Origin: Octopus sinensis | Lineage: Eukaryota | Assembly: GCF_006345805.1 (NCBI RefSeq) | Contig: NW_021829940.1 | Span: 1-34,445, forward strand | Reading direction: 5' to 3' | Length of the DNA stretch: 34,445 nucleotides | Shown here: in pieces, positions 11,899 to 24,053 of the stretch | Position numbering within the stretch: position 1 is the stretch's first letter | Layout: every line of letters begins with the position of its first letter | The notes under the pieces: generated by a model | Told to the model about the DNA's origin: nothing | The model's database searches: none | What the model saw: only the letters and a program-made list of their open reading frames with translations | Position numbers and translations under genes: made by a program

Positions 11899-11952
11899 AC
11901 GTGTGCGCGCGTGCGCGTACGTATGTGTGTGTGCGCGTGCGTGTGTGTGTGT

Positions 11953-12112
11953 AGCTCAGGCATGGCTATGTGGTAAGAAGCTTGTTTCCGAACCACATTG
12001 TTTCGGGTTCTGTCCCACTGCGTGGCACCTTGGGCAAGTGTCTTCTACTATAGCCTCGGGCCGACAAATCTTTTGAGTGGACTTCGTAGACGGAAACTGA
12101 AAGAAGCCCCTC
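11953..12112 (+). mobile_element. SINE family B, 5' half
   Basis: GTCCCACTGCGTGGCACCTTGGGCAAGTGTCTTCTACTATAGCCTCGGGCCGAC. Confidence 0.9.
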
Positions 12113-12175
12113 ATATATAGGCATAGACATATGTGTATTTGTTTTATTTAGCCCTTGGACTCTTAAGCCCACCAG

Positions 12176-12388
12176 CCCGTTCTAAGGGTCAAAGCCTGCA
12201 ATTTTAAGGGAGGGAAAAAGTCAATCGCATTGACCTCACTGTTTGGCTGGTACTTATTTTATCGACTCCGAAGAGTTGAAAGGTAAAGTGGATCTTGGCA
12301 GGATTTGAACGCAGAATGTAAAATGCCGGAAGAAACGCCGCTGAGTATTTTACCCGACACGCTGACGATTTTGCCAGCTGGTCATCTT
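12176..12388 (-). mobile_element. SINE family A, overlapping the outer end of the left inverted-repeat arm
   Basis: CTGGTACTTATTTTATCGACTCCGAAGAGTTGAAAGGTAAAGTGGATCTTGGCAGGATTTGAACGCAGAATGTAAA. Confidence 0.8.
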
Positions 12389-12792
12389 ACGTACATACAC
12401 GCATACTTTATGCAAAAAAGTAAACAAAACATAGCCGTCACTTACAAGCGAGTCTTGTCTGAAAGCATGTACCATGCTTTCATCAATTGTTTTTTGTCCC
12501 TGTTTAATCATTAGTACGCAAGACATCCTCTCGGGTCTTCCATCTTTGACCCAGCGGTACATCAAGGATGTTGTAAAGAGGGAAAGAGAGGTATGTGTCT
12601 GCAGTTTGTTGGTACTTCTTTACGGCTGAATAGACTGGAGCAACGTAAAAATGAAGTACCATGCTCAAGAACACAACACTTCGCCCCGTCTAGGAATCGT
12701 AGTCATGACCTTATGATCGTGAATCCAGCATTCTAATCGCTAATACACACATAATCTCTCTCTCTCTGCCCCTCTCTCTCTGTCCCTCTCTT

Positions 12793-12842
<50 letters not shown>

Positions 12843-12965
12843 GCCCTCTCTCTCTCTCCGATATTACACTCGGATGTAAAAATACCACTTCAGAAGCAGT
12901 TCTTGGACACTAAATTAGTGAGCCGCGATGTATTTGCTATAGCAGTTATCGTACCAATTTTGAGA
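12201..12965 (+). repeat. Left arm of a ~765-bp inverted duplication
   Basis: Reverse complement of 14956-15720; ORFs 12305..12514(+) and 15278..15616(-) give nearly identical translations. Confidence 0.95.
12610..12745 (-). mobile_element. tRNA-derived SINE family C fragment; also present inverted at about 15180-15310
   Basis: GCTGAATAGACTGGAGCAACGT...GCTCAAGAACACAAC...GACCTTATGATCGTGA; related to 15722-15870. Confidence 0.6.
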
Positions 12966-13849
12966 CTATTTGACTGGACGCGAAGGCGGGCAGTACTATA
13001 GACGTTCAGGTGCGAAAACTCGGAAATATCACCAAGATTTTCCCATCAGCAATGATATTGTGTACTTCTAAGCAAACGGTCTGTCAATGTTGCATCGTAT
13101 CCGTCCGGCAGAAGTTATTGACCACCAAGCGTCGAAGATCATCCATGGGTGAAGTCGACTTACATGGAGCAAACAGAATAATTGAGGTCGAAAACTGACT
13201 CCTTGGAATGTATTCTCTGAGTGCTAACCAGAGATACGCACCCTGGTAAACTACACAGCCCAGCTGCCATAAAATATCAGAGAAGATCCATTTTATTTAT
13301 CAGACGAATGCCAAACACGTCTAGGAATGTTGTGAGAGGCTTTAGAAACAGTAACAAAAATAGTTCGCACGACTATCACAAGGAACTAAAACCACTTTAT
13401 TATAACAGACAGAATAGGATTATCGATGGCAATATTCCAAGTTAACAGCTTGTGTGTGTGTGTGTTGCTGTTTAGCTTGGCAATGCACTCCTTGTGAGCC
13501 CTTTTGTGGAAATGCCAAGGCTATGTGTTGGGTGAAGTAAATTAATGTCCCTTACACGTATTTATCGTTGACTTTAAATTGTATTCAAGTTATATCCACA
13601 ACATAACGAGACTGCTAGAGATTGCTAACATTTTCTCTAAACACAAAAATGGTGTCTGGTCACATAAGCATTCAGATTTCTTCGCCAATTCAGGAATAAA
13701 ATTTAATTAAAAGAAAAATATTGGGTCCATTTGGTAATTAGTGACATACATTTTCTCTGGTAGACCAAGGGTTAAATAACTGTCGAATCGTACACCCTCT
13801 TACTTTCGACACTATTTATTCATATATATATATATGAATGTATGTATAT

Positions 13850-13913
13850 ACGGTGGTGCCCCAGCATGGCCGCAGCCTTCGGGCTAAAACATTTTAAAGG
13901 ATTTTAAGGATTT
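13850..13913 (+). mobile_element. SINE family B-related 3' terminal fragment
   Basis: GGTGGTGCCCCAGCATGGCCGCAG followed by a short repeated tail (ATTTTAAGG). Confidence 0.6.
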
Positions 13914-13963
13914 TATGCATACACATACACACGCATATGTATATATATATATATATATATATA

Positions 13964-14116
13964 AAAATAGTAAAGAGTGAAAAAACTACAGACGGCTTAA
14001 ATGTTAAAAATATATATTTGCGTCAATATGTCTAATATTCTTCAGACATATTGACGCAAATATATATATTTTTTAACATTTAAGCCTTCTGTAGTTTTTT
14101 CACTCTTTACTATTTT
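13964..14116. repeat. Near-perfect fold-back (arms ~70 bp, 10-nt loop) between (TA)n tracts
   Basis: 13964-14033 pairs with 14044-14116. Confidence 0.92.
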
Positions 14117-14679
14117 CTATATATTCACCCACGTGCTTTCACAAACCAACTTTCTTATCTATCTATATATATATATATTATATATATATATTGTTTGGGT
14201 TATTCCTCAAACAGTAGTTACTATTCTTGAGATGCAATGTTGACAAAACGTCAAGAAACAATGTCACTATCAACATTTTTATCTGTGACTCATCAATTCC
14301 CTTTCCCCCTGTACTAAAGGCTGTGCTTTGCCTCATGCCGAGAAGAGCACACATCCTATTGCTTGTCAGTTAAGGCTTCATCTAGGTCCTCCTTCAAGGG
14401 CATATGGAAACCCTCCACCTTGTTTGAAAATCAGAAGCAAATTACCTTCCTCCCTATCCTCCGAGTAAATTTCTTCGGGAATGGAAGTATTACCTTTCTA
14501 GACAAACCACATTCATTTCATTGCCTTTCCCTGAATTACCTCATATCGAGAAGTTTCTTATGATTCATAACGATCGCAAAAGATCATATGTCGTCGTCTC
14601 TGATAGTGTTGTCTCTGTTGCTGTTGTTCTTGTTGATATTGTTAACGTTTTCTTTGATGTTCGTCTGTTTATGCTTTTT

Positions 14680-14890
14680 TATAATTTAGGCTCGGGGCCA
14701 GCAATTTTTGAGAGAGGGGTAAGTCGATACCATTGGCTCCATTACTTGAGTGATACTATATTTTCTTGATTCCAGAAGGATGCAGAGCAAAGTTGAACTC
14801 GTCAGGAATTTGGTCTTAACGTAAAGAACAATAAAAAATACAGATAAGCATTGTGTCCGCAGCTCTAACGGTCTGCCAATCCGTAGCACT
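14680..14890 (-). mobile_element. Degenerate SINE family A
   Basis: GGCCAGCAATTTTTGAGAGAGGGGTAAGTCGAT...AAGCATTGTGTCCG...CTGCCAATCCG. Confidence 0.7.
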
Positions 14891-14955
14891 CAAATGCATG
14901 GAACACTAGTTCGGAGCTCTCGATAAAAAGTAGTCTTTATTCAGATTGACTTTAT

Positions 14956-15060
14956 TCTCAAAATTGGTATGATTACTGCTACAACAAATACATCGCAGCT
15001 CACAAATTTAGTGTTCAAGAACTGCTTCTGAAGTATTATTTTTACATCCGAGTGTAATAT

Positions 15061-15095
<35 letters not shown>

Positions 15096-15720
15096 CAGAG
15101 AGAAAGAGATGGACACAGAGAGAGGGGGTGAGAGAGAGAGGGGGTGAGAGAGAGAGGGGCAGAGAGAGAGATTATGTGTGTATTAGCGATTAGAATGCTT
15201 GATTCACGATCATAAGGTCATGTCTACGATTCCTAGACGGGGCGAAGTGTTGTGTTCTTGAACATGGTACTTCATTTTTACGTTGCTCTATTCAGCCGTA
15301 AAGAAGTACCAACAAACTGCAGACACATACCTCTCTTTCCCTCTTTACAATATCCTTGATGTACCACTGGATCAAAGATGGAAGACCCGAGAGGATGTCT
15401 TGCGTACAAATGATTAAACAGGGACATAAAACAATTGATGAAAGCATGGTACATGCTTTCAGACAAGACTCGCTTGTAAGTGACGGCTATGTTTTGTTTA
15501 CTTTTTTGCATAAAGTATGCATGTATGTACGTAAGATGACGAGCTGGCAAAATCGTCAGCATATCGGGTAAAATACTCAGTGGCATTTCTTCCGGTATTT
15601 TACATTCTGCGTTCAAATCTTGCCAAGATCCACTTTACCTTTCATCTCTTCGGAGTCGATAAAATAAGTACCAGCCAAACAGTGAGGTCAATGCGATTGA
15701 CTTTTTCCCTCCCTTAAAAT
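14956..15720 (-). repeat. Right arm of the ~765-bp inverted duplication; includes a SINE A copy at 15533-15720 on +
   Basis: Reverse complement of 12201-12965. Confidence 0.95.
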
Positions 15721-15721
15721 A

Positions 15722-15870
15722 TGTGAAGGCGTATGGCCTAAAGGCTACGGGGTTGCACTCATGCTCATAGAGTGTGAGTTCCATTCCTGAGCCATTGGGA
15801 TGCGCTGAGTCCTTCAGTAAGGCGTTAGATTTCGGATTTCTTCAGTCTGCTCAGCTGAAAATGAAAAACC
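15722..15870 (+). mobile_element. Degenerate SINE family C
   Basis: TGTGAAGGCGTATGGCCTAAAGGCTACGGGGTTGCACTC (A-box-like), GAGTTCCATTCC (B-box-like), TTCAGTCTGCTCAGCTG. Confidence 0.55.
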
Positions 15871-16060
15871 AACGAAGTTCTGAAGCAACATTTTCTTCTT
15901 TTAACTGTCACTTTATTCATTTTCTTCAGGATCAAGGGTGGGAAACCCGAAACGGTGTCTATAATTTGCTTACGACTATATAGGAATCTAAAACAGTTGG
16001 TGATAAATGCAGCCAGGTCACACTCGCTTGCAAGTGAAAGCTACGGTTTTGATTCATATC

Positions 16061-16127
<67 letters not shown>

Positions 16128-16143
16128 TGATGATTGATAATAA

Positions 16144-16347
16144 CGTATCCCTGTTGTTATAGGCGCGTTAGGAACTATCCCTAAAGATTTGAACAGATAG
16201 ATAAAGGAAAAAGGCATAGCTCCAGAAAACAGTGTTATTAGGGACAGCTAGAATACATAGGAGGGTTCTTGGCATCTAAAGTTACTTGTTGTAGCCCGAT
16301 GTTGGGAATTTTTCTTTCCTAACAGTTTGATCTATTGTGCGTATATA
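16144..16347 (+). mobile_element. Second R4/Dong-type 3' end, different subfamily, decayed, within (TAA)n
   Basis: RIPVVIGALGTIPKDLNR*IKEKGI, frameshift, LQKTVLLGTARIHRRVLGI* (stop 16277-16279), homologous to the C-terminus of the 6063 element; (TAA)n at 16062-16125 and 16350-16440. Confidence 0.85.
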
Positions 16348-16369
16348 AAATAATAATAACAATAATAGC

Positions 16370-16441
<72 letters not shown>

Positions 16442-17034
16442 GAGATAAATAAATAAATAATCATAATCGCAATGTAAACCTAATGTACGTTCTAGCAAGA
16501 GCGTAAAATTCGGCATTGATTATCAAATATCATAAAAATATTTGGAGAGTTCACTTGTCTATTGAAAATAACAGCAGCTACAATAACAACATTACTTATG
16601 ACGATGATGACGATGATAATGCTGCTGCTGCTGATGATGATGATGATCAAGACACCGACGACAACGGCGATGATGACAACAACGAAAGCAACGTTATTAG
16701 CATTAATAGCGTGAGGATTGAAATTTGAATAATCTTATTAATGTTAATAATAGTAATAATGAAAATAATGACAGTAACAACAGCAACGTCAACAAATACG
16801 AACAACCAACAACAGAAAAAAATAACATCAGATATAATCAGAAAGTAATAAATAAATGAAGCAAACTCGAAAAACAAGAAAAAAAAAACCCAAATGCCGA
16901 CCAACATAATAACAAAAAACAAATAAAGAAACAAAACAACATTAAAAACATACAACAAAACAAACGCGACAACACAGTAAACCGAAAGAAAACAAAAGCA
17001 AAAAAATATAGGATAAATAAAATACTTTGTAAAT

Positions 17035-17163
17035 TATATATATGAATATGTACACACGTATATATATATACACGCATATATAAATATATACATATATATG
17101 TGTATATATATTATATATATCTATATACATATATATATATGTGTGTGTATATATATATGTATG

Positions 17164-17194
<31 letters not shown>

Positions 17195-17225
17195 GTATAT
17201 ATATATATGTATGTATATATATATG

Positions 17226-17270
<45 letters not shown>

Positions 17271-17535
17271 TATATATATGTATGTATATATTTGTATCTG
17301 TATATATATATATATATATACAAACTCTAAAATTATAGCAATAAATCCACCATAACAGTGGAACAGGGAACTGCAAAATGCAAGTACAAATAATAATTAT
17401 GTGTGTGTATGTGTGCATGTATATGCATATGCGTGTGCGTCTATATACATACATAAATATATATACATATATATATGTATACATACATATATTCATATAC
17501 TTACGTACATACATATATGCACATACACACACAGA
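17035..17535. repeat. (TA)n/(TG)n compound microsatellite
   Basis: Direct reading. Confidence 0.95.
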
Positions 17536-17955
17536 AAAATGGAGAGCGTAAGAGGGAGGGGGAGGACCTTCATCCAAAGGTGTGCAGATCAATAACTTCG
17601 TGCGGTGTAACAGGTTAGTCACTAATTATAGTTTTTATAGCAGTAATCAAATGGTGAAGAGCTTCCTAAGATATTGTCTGTTAATGAAGGCATTAATTTA
17701 AGGTTGACTGCTAATTCGATAAAGGTTGATAGCAGACATGACAAAGTCAAAACATAGATAATGCCATAATAGGCCATTACATGGTAAACATTATTATTAT
17801 TATTATTATTATTATCGTTGTCGTTGTTGTTGTTATTAACAAAATAGGACGCGTGGCGTGTTCCTCTTGCCGCTTTGGTATGGACAACTATACTCAAGGT
17901 GTGTATGCATATGCATTCAGACAGAAGGATATATTCACGATGTATTCACCTAAAT

Positions 17956-17957
<2 letters not shown>

Positions 17958-18002
<45 letters not shown>

Positions 18003-18064
18003 ATATATATATAATTATATATATATATATATATCGATATAAATGTATTTATGTGCGTGTCTGA

Positions 18065-18140
<76 letters not shown>

Positions 18141-18167
18141 ACTACCTATATATTAATCTCTCTCTCT

Positions 18168-18240
<73 letters not shown>

Positions 18241-18422
18241 CATACATACATACATATATATACATATATATATATGCATTCGTATATACACATACTATAT
18301 ATACATGCATATGTATATTCTTCTACATGAATATATGAATATATATACATATATCTATATATATTATATATATATATATATGGGGGTATACATACATATA
18401 TATACATATATAATAATATATG

Positions 18423-18467
<45 letters not shown>

Positions 18468-18536
18468 TGTGTGTGTATGTATGTATGTATGTATGTATGT
18501 ACGTGTGTATGTATATATATATATATGCGGATATGT

Positions 18537-18581
<45 letters not shown>

Positions 18582-19142
18582 GATATATTTCAACAGGCCT
18601 ATACATAGACAGATTTGTATGCACATAAACAGAGCATACATGCACCTGAATAGACAGGTAACTATGTATATAATTTCATGAATATATGAACCATAATTTC
18701 TGGTCTCTGTTATTATCTGTACACACTCACATACGCATCCGGACATACACTCCCACACATACACGCCCATGCTCGCATACGCACACACATACACACACAC
18801 ATTATAAACCTGATGCACACATACTAACCCCACCCATCTCCACACATACATGGGTTTTTGCTTTCTTGCTTTTTGACCGTACTGGCTTTCTATTCTTTCT
18901 TTCTTTCTTTCTCTCCCTTCCTCCTCTCTCTTCTCTTGCCGCCCCCTCTTTCTCTCTCTCTCTCTCTCTCTCTCTGTCTATTGACTGCAAATTTCTCTCT
19001 GATGTTCTCGAGTGTTGTCTATGTTGATAGACAGCTGCAATTGTGCGTGTATATATATGTGTGTATTTGTATGTGTAGATAAATGTGCGTATTATTTAAG
19101 CGTGTGTACTTATCTATGTGCATGTATATGCATGTATGTGTG

Positions 19143-19178
<36 letters not shown>

Positions 19179-19455
19179 CATGTATATATGTGAGTATATA
19201 TATGTGTGTGTGCATGTGTATGTTTGTAAGTATGTATGTGTTTATGTATATATGTACGTATGTACGTATGTATGTATGTTTATGTGTGTATGTATATATG
19301 TACGTGTGTATGCAATTATCTATGTATATACGTATACATATATGTATGTGAACGGAGGTATGTATGTATGTATGTATGTATGTATGTATGTATGTATGTA
19401 TGTGTGTATTATTCATATACGCATAGTGCATGTATATGAGCGCATGTGTGTATCT
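17958..19455. repeat. Extended compound microsatellite region (CT, TA, TCTA, TATG, CA)
   Basis: Direct reading. Confidence 0.93.
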
Positions 19456-20094
19456 GTACATTCGGCTTAACTATCAAATAATTAACTACAATCATTTTAA
19501 ATGGGAGTCTCTTATTTCCGTCTTCTGTGTAACATCATGTAAATATGGTGGACTGATTTACTCTCTTCCGGTCTTCTGCTCCCTTTTGCCCTCCTTCCCT
19601 TCCCTTCCCTACCATAGAGTAACAAAAAGGGAGATATATAGAGAGAGACAGAGGCGGAGAAGCCGAATGGAAGGTTGAAACAGGAGTAAAGAAAATAAAA
19701 AATGAGACATTGAGAAAGAGAAAGGAGAGCATGTGTTGGATAAGCTAAAAGATTACGATTTCTGATTCGAAGTGGACGTTTCCTTCATTGCGATGGTGCC
19801 GAGGCTGCACGTTACTCTGCCTAGTTTTGGGATGTTCTTCAAAATGGGGAGAAAAGTATAAGTGCTCGGAATCCCTTATTTTTTTCAGGGCTTCTGGGGA
19901 TCGTAAGAAGGAGGGGAAAGTTATCCCCAAGCCAGAGCCAGCAAACGAAACCTTGCAACTGAGTGGAACGTCCTTATAAGTTAATCTAGGATCGCCAGGT
20001 GATGGTACCACATCAGGTGATAGATTGTCTACCACCTAAGAACTTAAAATGCAAAGAAAAGGGACAAAAACGACATGGCCATTCTAATTATCTG

Positions 20095-20226
20095 CTGTCC
20101 TCGATCGGTACTTTATTGATCCTTCCTCCTCGGGAATTTGACATCAGCGGAGTTTGAACCCAGAACACCAGAAGCAAAGCAGCCAGGTATTTTTGTCCTC
20201 TTCTACGACTCACCAAATTCGCTGCC
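20095..20226 (-). mobile_element. Degenerate SINE family A
   Basis: GGTACTTTATTGATCC...TTGACATCAGCGGAGTTTGAACCCAGAAC. Confidence 0.55.
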
Positions 20227-20344
20227 AACAAAGCAGCGTCGGATAATGTAGTCCTGGATATAGCACATATGAATAGAAGATTGGAATGATCCGAGTATAA
20301 ACACTATCAACATTTAATAATTTGTGACAGTAATGGAGCCGCTA

Positions 20345-20558
20345 CACTGTCACTCATTCTGTTAGAAATAGTTGCTAAATCTCCCACAAATCACATTATA
20401 CCGTGTTAAAAGATGAAGAACACATTTGACTGCATAGTTTAGGATGTATTATGGTTGACAAAATACAGATGGGAAGGTCAAAGCTGGGACACCGTCAATC
20501 GAGAGACTGTTGAAACAGAACTGACTCAGCCCAAACAACAACACCAACAACAACAACT
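20345..20558. mobile_element. Family D copy ending in (CAA)n
   Basis: TTAGAAATAGTTGCTAAATCTCCCACAAATCACA...GATGGGAAGGTCAAAGCTGG. Confidence 0.5.
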
Positions 20559-20568
20559 ACCACCCCAC

Positions 20569-21269
20569 CTTACATACTGGAAAGGGCAGTTAAAGCCCAA
20601 ACCTCGAATAAGAGCAATTTCAAAGGGAATAAAGATAAAAATAATTTTTGTAGTTACCCCCAGGCTCAAGTTCTTGTATCAATGTGCAAATAAATTAATT
20701 TGCCATCCGTACTTCTTCAGTGAGAGCGCTAAAATTAATGCATATTTATGCAGCAAATAGCACTGAAAATATATGTGCTACATATTTATGCATTATAATT
20801 TTCAAATCCACTGCGCAAGCGCAGTTACATTCGGTAGTAGATGGTAATAATATAAAAAATTAAAACTGCGTACCAAAGGACTTCGAAACTACGAACATTT
20901 TACAGTGAAAATAATAACGGTGAAAAATTTAGAGAAATTTTCATATCGGTGGCCAGCATGCATAATGAAGTCAATAGACAGCATATTTTCATATAAAATA
21001 GTGTACAAACAATCTATGTATTTATACACAAAAGAGGTGCCTTTTAACAGGACACCTCACTGAAGAAGTACGGATGGCAAATGAATTTACTTGCACATTG
21101 ATGCAGAAACTTGAGCCTGAGGGTAACCACAAAAATTATTTTTATTTTCATTCCCTTTGAAATTGCTCTTATTCGTGGTTTGGGCTTTAACTACTCTTTC
21201 CAGCATGTAAGACGTCCTGTTAAAGGTCACCTCTTTTGTGTATAAATACATAAATTATTTGTACACTAT
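20569..21269. mobile_element. Doubly inverted remnant (A-spacer-B-A'-B'), probably a Penelope-like pseudo-LTR with inverted fragments
   Basis: 20569-20724 is the reverse complement of 21056-21211; 20998-21053 is the reverse complement of 21214-21269; A' starts with a decayed hammerhead fold; ends at (TA)n. Confidence 0.7.
21055..21122 (+). ncRNA. Degenerate type I hammerhead ribozyme motif, probably inactive
   Basis: CCTCA-CTGAAGA-long stem II-GAAA-CTTGAG-CC-TGAGG; the cleavage triplet is GCC rather than GUC. Confidence 0.5.
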
Positions 21270-21375
21270 ATATATATAATATATATATATATTATATATA
21301 TATATATTATATATATAACTTTTAGGTTCACTTTGGCTGAAAAAGAAATTTGAATAAACGAAACATGAGGACAGG

Positions 21376-21433
<58 letters not shown>

Positions 21434-21619
21434 ACTAGACATACCGCAGTTAGTATTTGGTACTATGGAATTTCGTGTGACTGGAATAAAAGGGAATATT
21501 CTAACTAAATGTGTCTTTTAATTTCTCCATTTCTTGCCTAAGTTGAACAATCACAAATATAATTCATGACATAACAGATAGAAGCGGGTTCAATGTCCGT
21601 TTCATTAGTATGAAATATA

Positions 21620-21676
21620 TGTGAATTAGCATACACACATATGTACATATGTACTTGCACACATAGACACACACAG

Positions 21677-21714
<38 letters not shown>

Positions 21715-21771
21715 ATATATAATATATATATATATATATATATACATACATACATACATACATACATATAC

Positions 21772-21845
<74 letters not shown>

Positions 21846-22192
21846 CATGGCAGTCCACGCTCACATATACATATGTACACAGGTTGATATATTCATATAC
21901 ATGCTTAGACATACATTTACAGTGATTTGTATATATATATGTGTGTGTGTTTGTGTGTATATATATATATATATGTAAGTGGGTATGTACACAGACATAC
22001 CCACAGACATACATATAAATATACACACACATACACGTACACATATATTCGTGTGCGTGCGCGTGTGCATGCCTGCGTGTGCCTGTGTGTGCGTACGGGT
22101 TTGTGTGTGTGTGTATGTATATGTGTGTGTGTGTATGTATGTGTGTGGTGTGTGTTTCTCTGTGTGTGTGTGTTTCTCTGTGTGTGTGTGTG

Positions 22193-22228
<36 letters not shown>

Positions 22229-22245
22229 TTGTTTGTGTGTGTTTG
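21620..22245. repeat. Compound (TA)n/(TACA)n/(TG)n microsatellite
   Basis: Direct reading. Confidence 0.95.
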
Positions 22246-22425
22246 TTAAAGTCTTAAATTTACAGAAGCGAACAATGAAGTGCTTGAGGACGGCGTTTGT
22301 TATAATGAATCAAGACGGAAGAATGAACATGTACAGTTTGTTACTTATATCTCTTTAATTGGACCCGCTCAACGGTGAACACTTTGGGTGCAGCCTGCGT
22401 TGTCGTGCTTTCCAGAATAAAATTA

Positions 22426-22454
22426 ACAGCAACAACAACAACAACAACAACAAC

Positions 22455-22522
<68 letters not shown>

Positions 22523-22542
22523 TAATAATAATAATAATAATA

Positions 22543-22589
<47 letters not shown>

Positions 22590-22605
22590 AATAATAATAA
22601 TAATG

Positions 22606-22682
<77 letters not shown>

Positions 22683-22717
22683 AAGAAGAAGAAGAAGAAG
22701 AAGAAGAAGAAGAAGAA
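22426..22717. repeat. In-phase compound triplet tract (CAA)-(TAA)-(TGA)-(TAA)-(GAA)
   Basis: Direct reading. Confidence 0.97.
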
Positions 22718-22719
22718 TA

Positions 22720-23019
22720 TTTGTCTCGGTATAAAAGATGGGCTACAGCAAATATTCTGCTCAATACCACAGATTTGCTTGTCTGTTGTTTGACCTTAAC
22801 CAGTTCAGCATGTCCCTTAGTGGCTGACGATATGTGCATCTCTGATCACGAGCAGGAGTAGTGGGAGAACATCATAGCCATGTGTTGAGAGGGATTCTTT
22901 GGGGTTTGAATAATTCACCGCTGGAAACATGGGTGTTTCGATCAACATCATTAAACAACCCTTATTCAGGGACCTTTTGAGCGGGATGGGTTACTCGACA
23001 AGAAGAAAATTCTAACTGG
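22720..23019 (+). mobile_element. Element E, partial copy 2
   Basis: Collinear with 6902-7200. Confidence 0.88.
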
Positions 23020-23618
23020 CAAAGATTCGGTGTTTTGAATGGATTGCTTGTTGGGAGACAGGATACAGCCATTGGTGGGTGGGTTTCTGTCCCTAGCTAG
23101 GGACACGGTTTTTTTTTTGTGGACTTGAAGGGAACATTGTTCTCAATTGCCCAATCGTATATGGCATCTGATCATGTTGGAACGTAAAGATACTTTCATG
23201 GGTCTCGAATATACAGACATAGGCATATACATACATGCATACATACATATAAATAGATACATAAAGATATACATATATGCATGTATACATACTAACACAC
23301 AGAGCTAAATGTATGCATACAACCATACATACCTACATGCGTAAATATGTATGCATTTATCAGTAAATATGTGTACATGTATAACTATATAAAAGCATAC
23401 ATCTATATATATGTATGTGTCTATATCCATGTGTGTGTGTGTATGTAAGTATGTATTATGTATGTATGTATGTATGTATATACACCTTACGTTTATGAGT
23501 TTGTTTTGTAAGATCCCTGATGTGAAACCGTGTGTTGAAACAAATATTTCTGATAGTCATCTTATTTTTTCTTGCCGAATAAACACACACACACAGTATA
23601 CTGGTTTTCACTTGTTTA

Positions 23619-23867
23619 TTATCATGTACATTGTTTTGTCTTGGAATTAAAGATGGGCGACAGCAACTATTCTGCTCAATACCACAGATTTGCTTGTCAG
23701 TTGTTTGACCTTAACCAGTTGATCATGTCCCTTAGTGGCTGACGATATGAGCATCTCTGATCATGAGCAGAAGTAGTGGGGGAGCATCATAGTCATATGT
23801 TGAGAGGGATTCTTTGGAGTTTGAATAATTCACCTCTGGAAACATGGGTGTTTCATTCAACATCCTT
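23619..23867 (+). mobile_element. Element E, partial copy 3
   Basis: Collinear with 6886-7133. Confidence 0.88.
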
Positions 23868-24053
23868 TGACCGTACATATATAAATATATGTACGTATAT
23901 ATATGTGTGTGCACACATACGCCTATATATATATATATGAACATATACGTGTATATATATATATATACAAGTTTTATCATACCTATGTATTATAAAAATT
24001 ATGCATTATATAGAGGCGTATGATGCTTGCTTCCCAGCGACTATTTGCGGTTT

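Noticed and set aside
12201-15720. Autonomous fold-back or DNA transposon with 765-bp TIRs
   Set aside because: No TSD (AGCCTGCA versus ATGTGAAG), arms are made of SINE fragments, and spacer ORFs (13010, 13221, 14363) show no transposase motifs
19745-20035. 96-aa minus-strand ORF in GC-richer unique sequence
   Set aside because: No recognisable motif or clear splice structure; left unassigned
161-23650. Many ORFs rich in YI/CV/HT/ER/poly-N/I/L
   Set aside because: Translations of di-, tri- and tetranucleotide microsatellites
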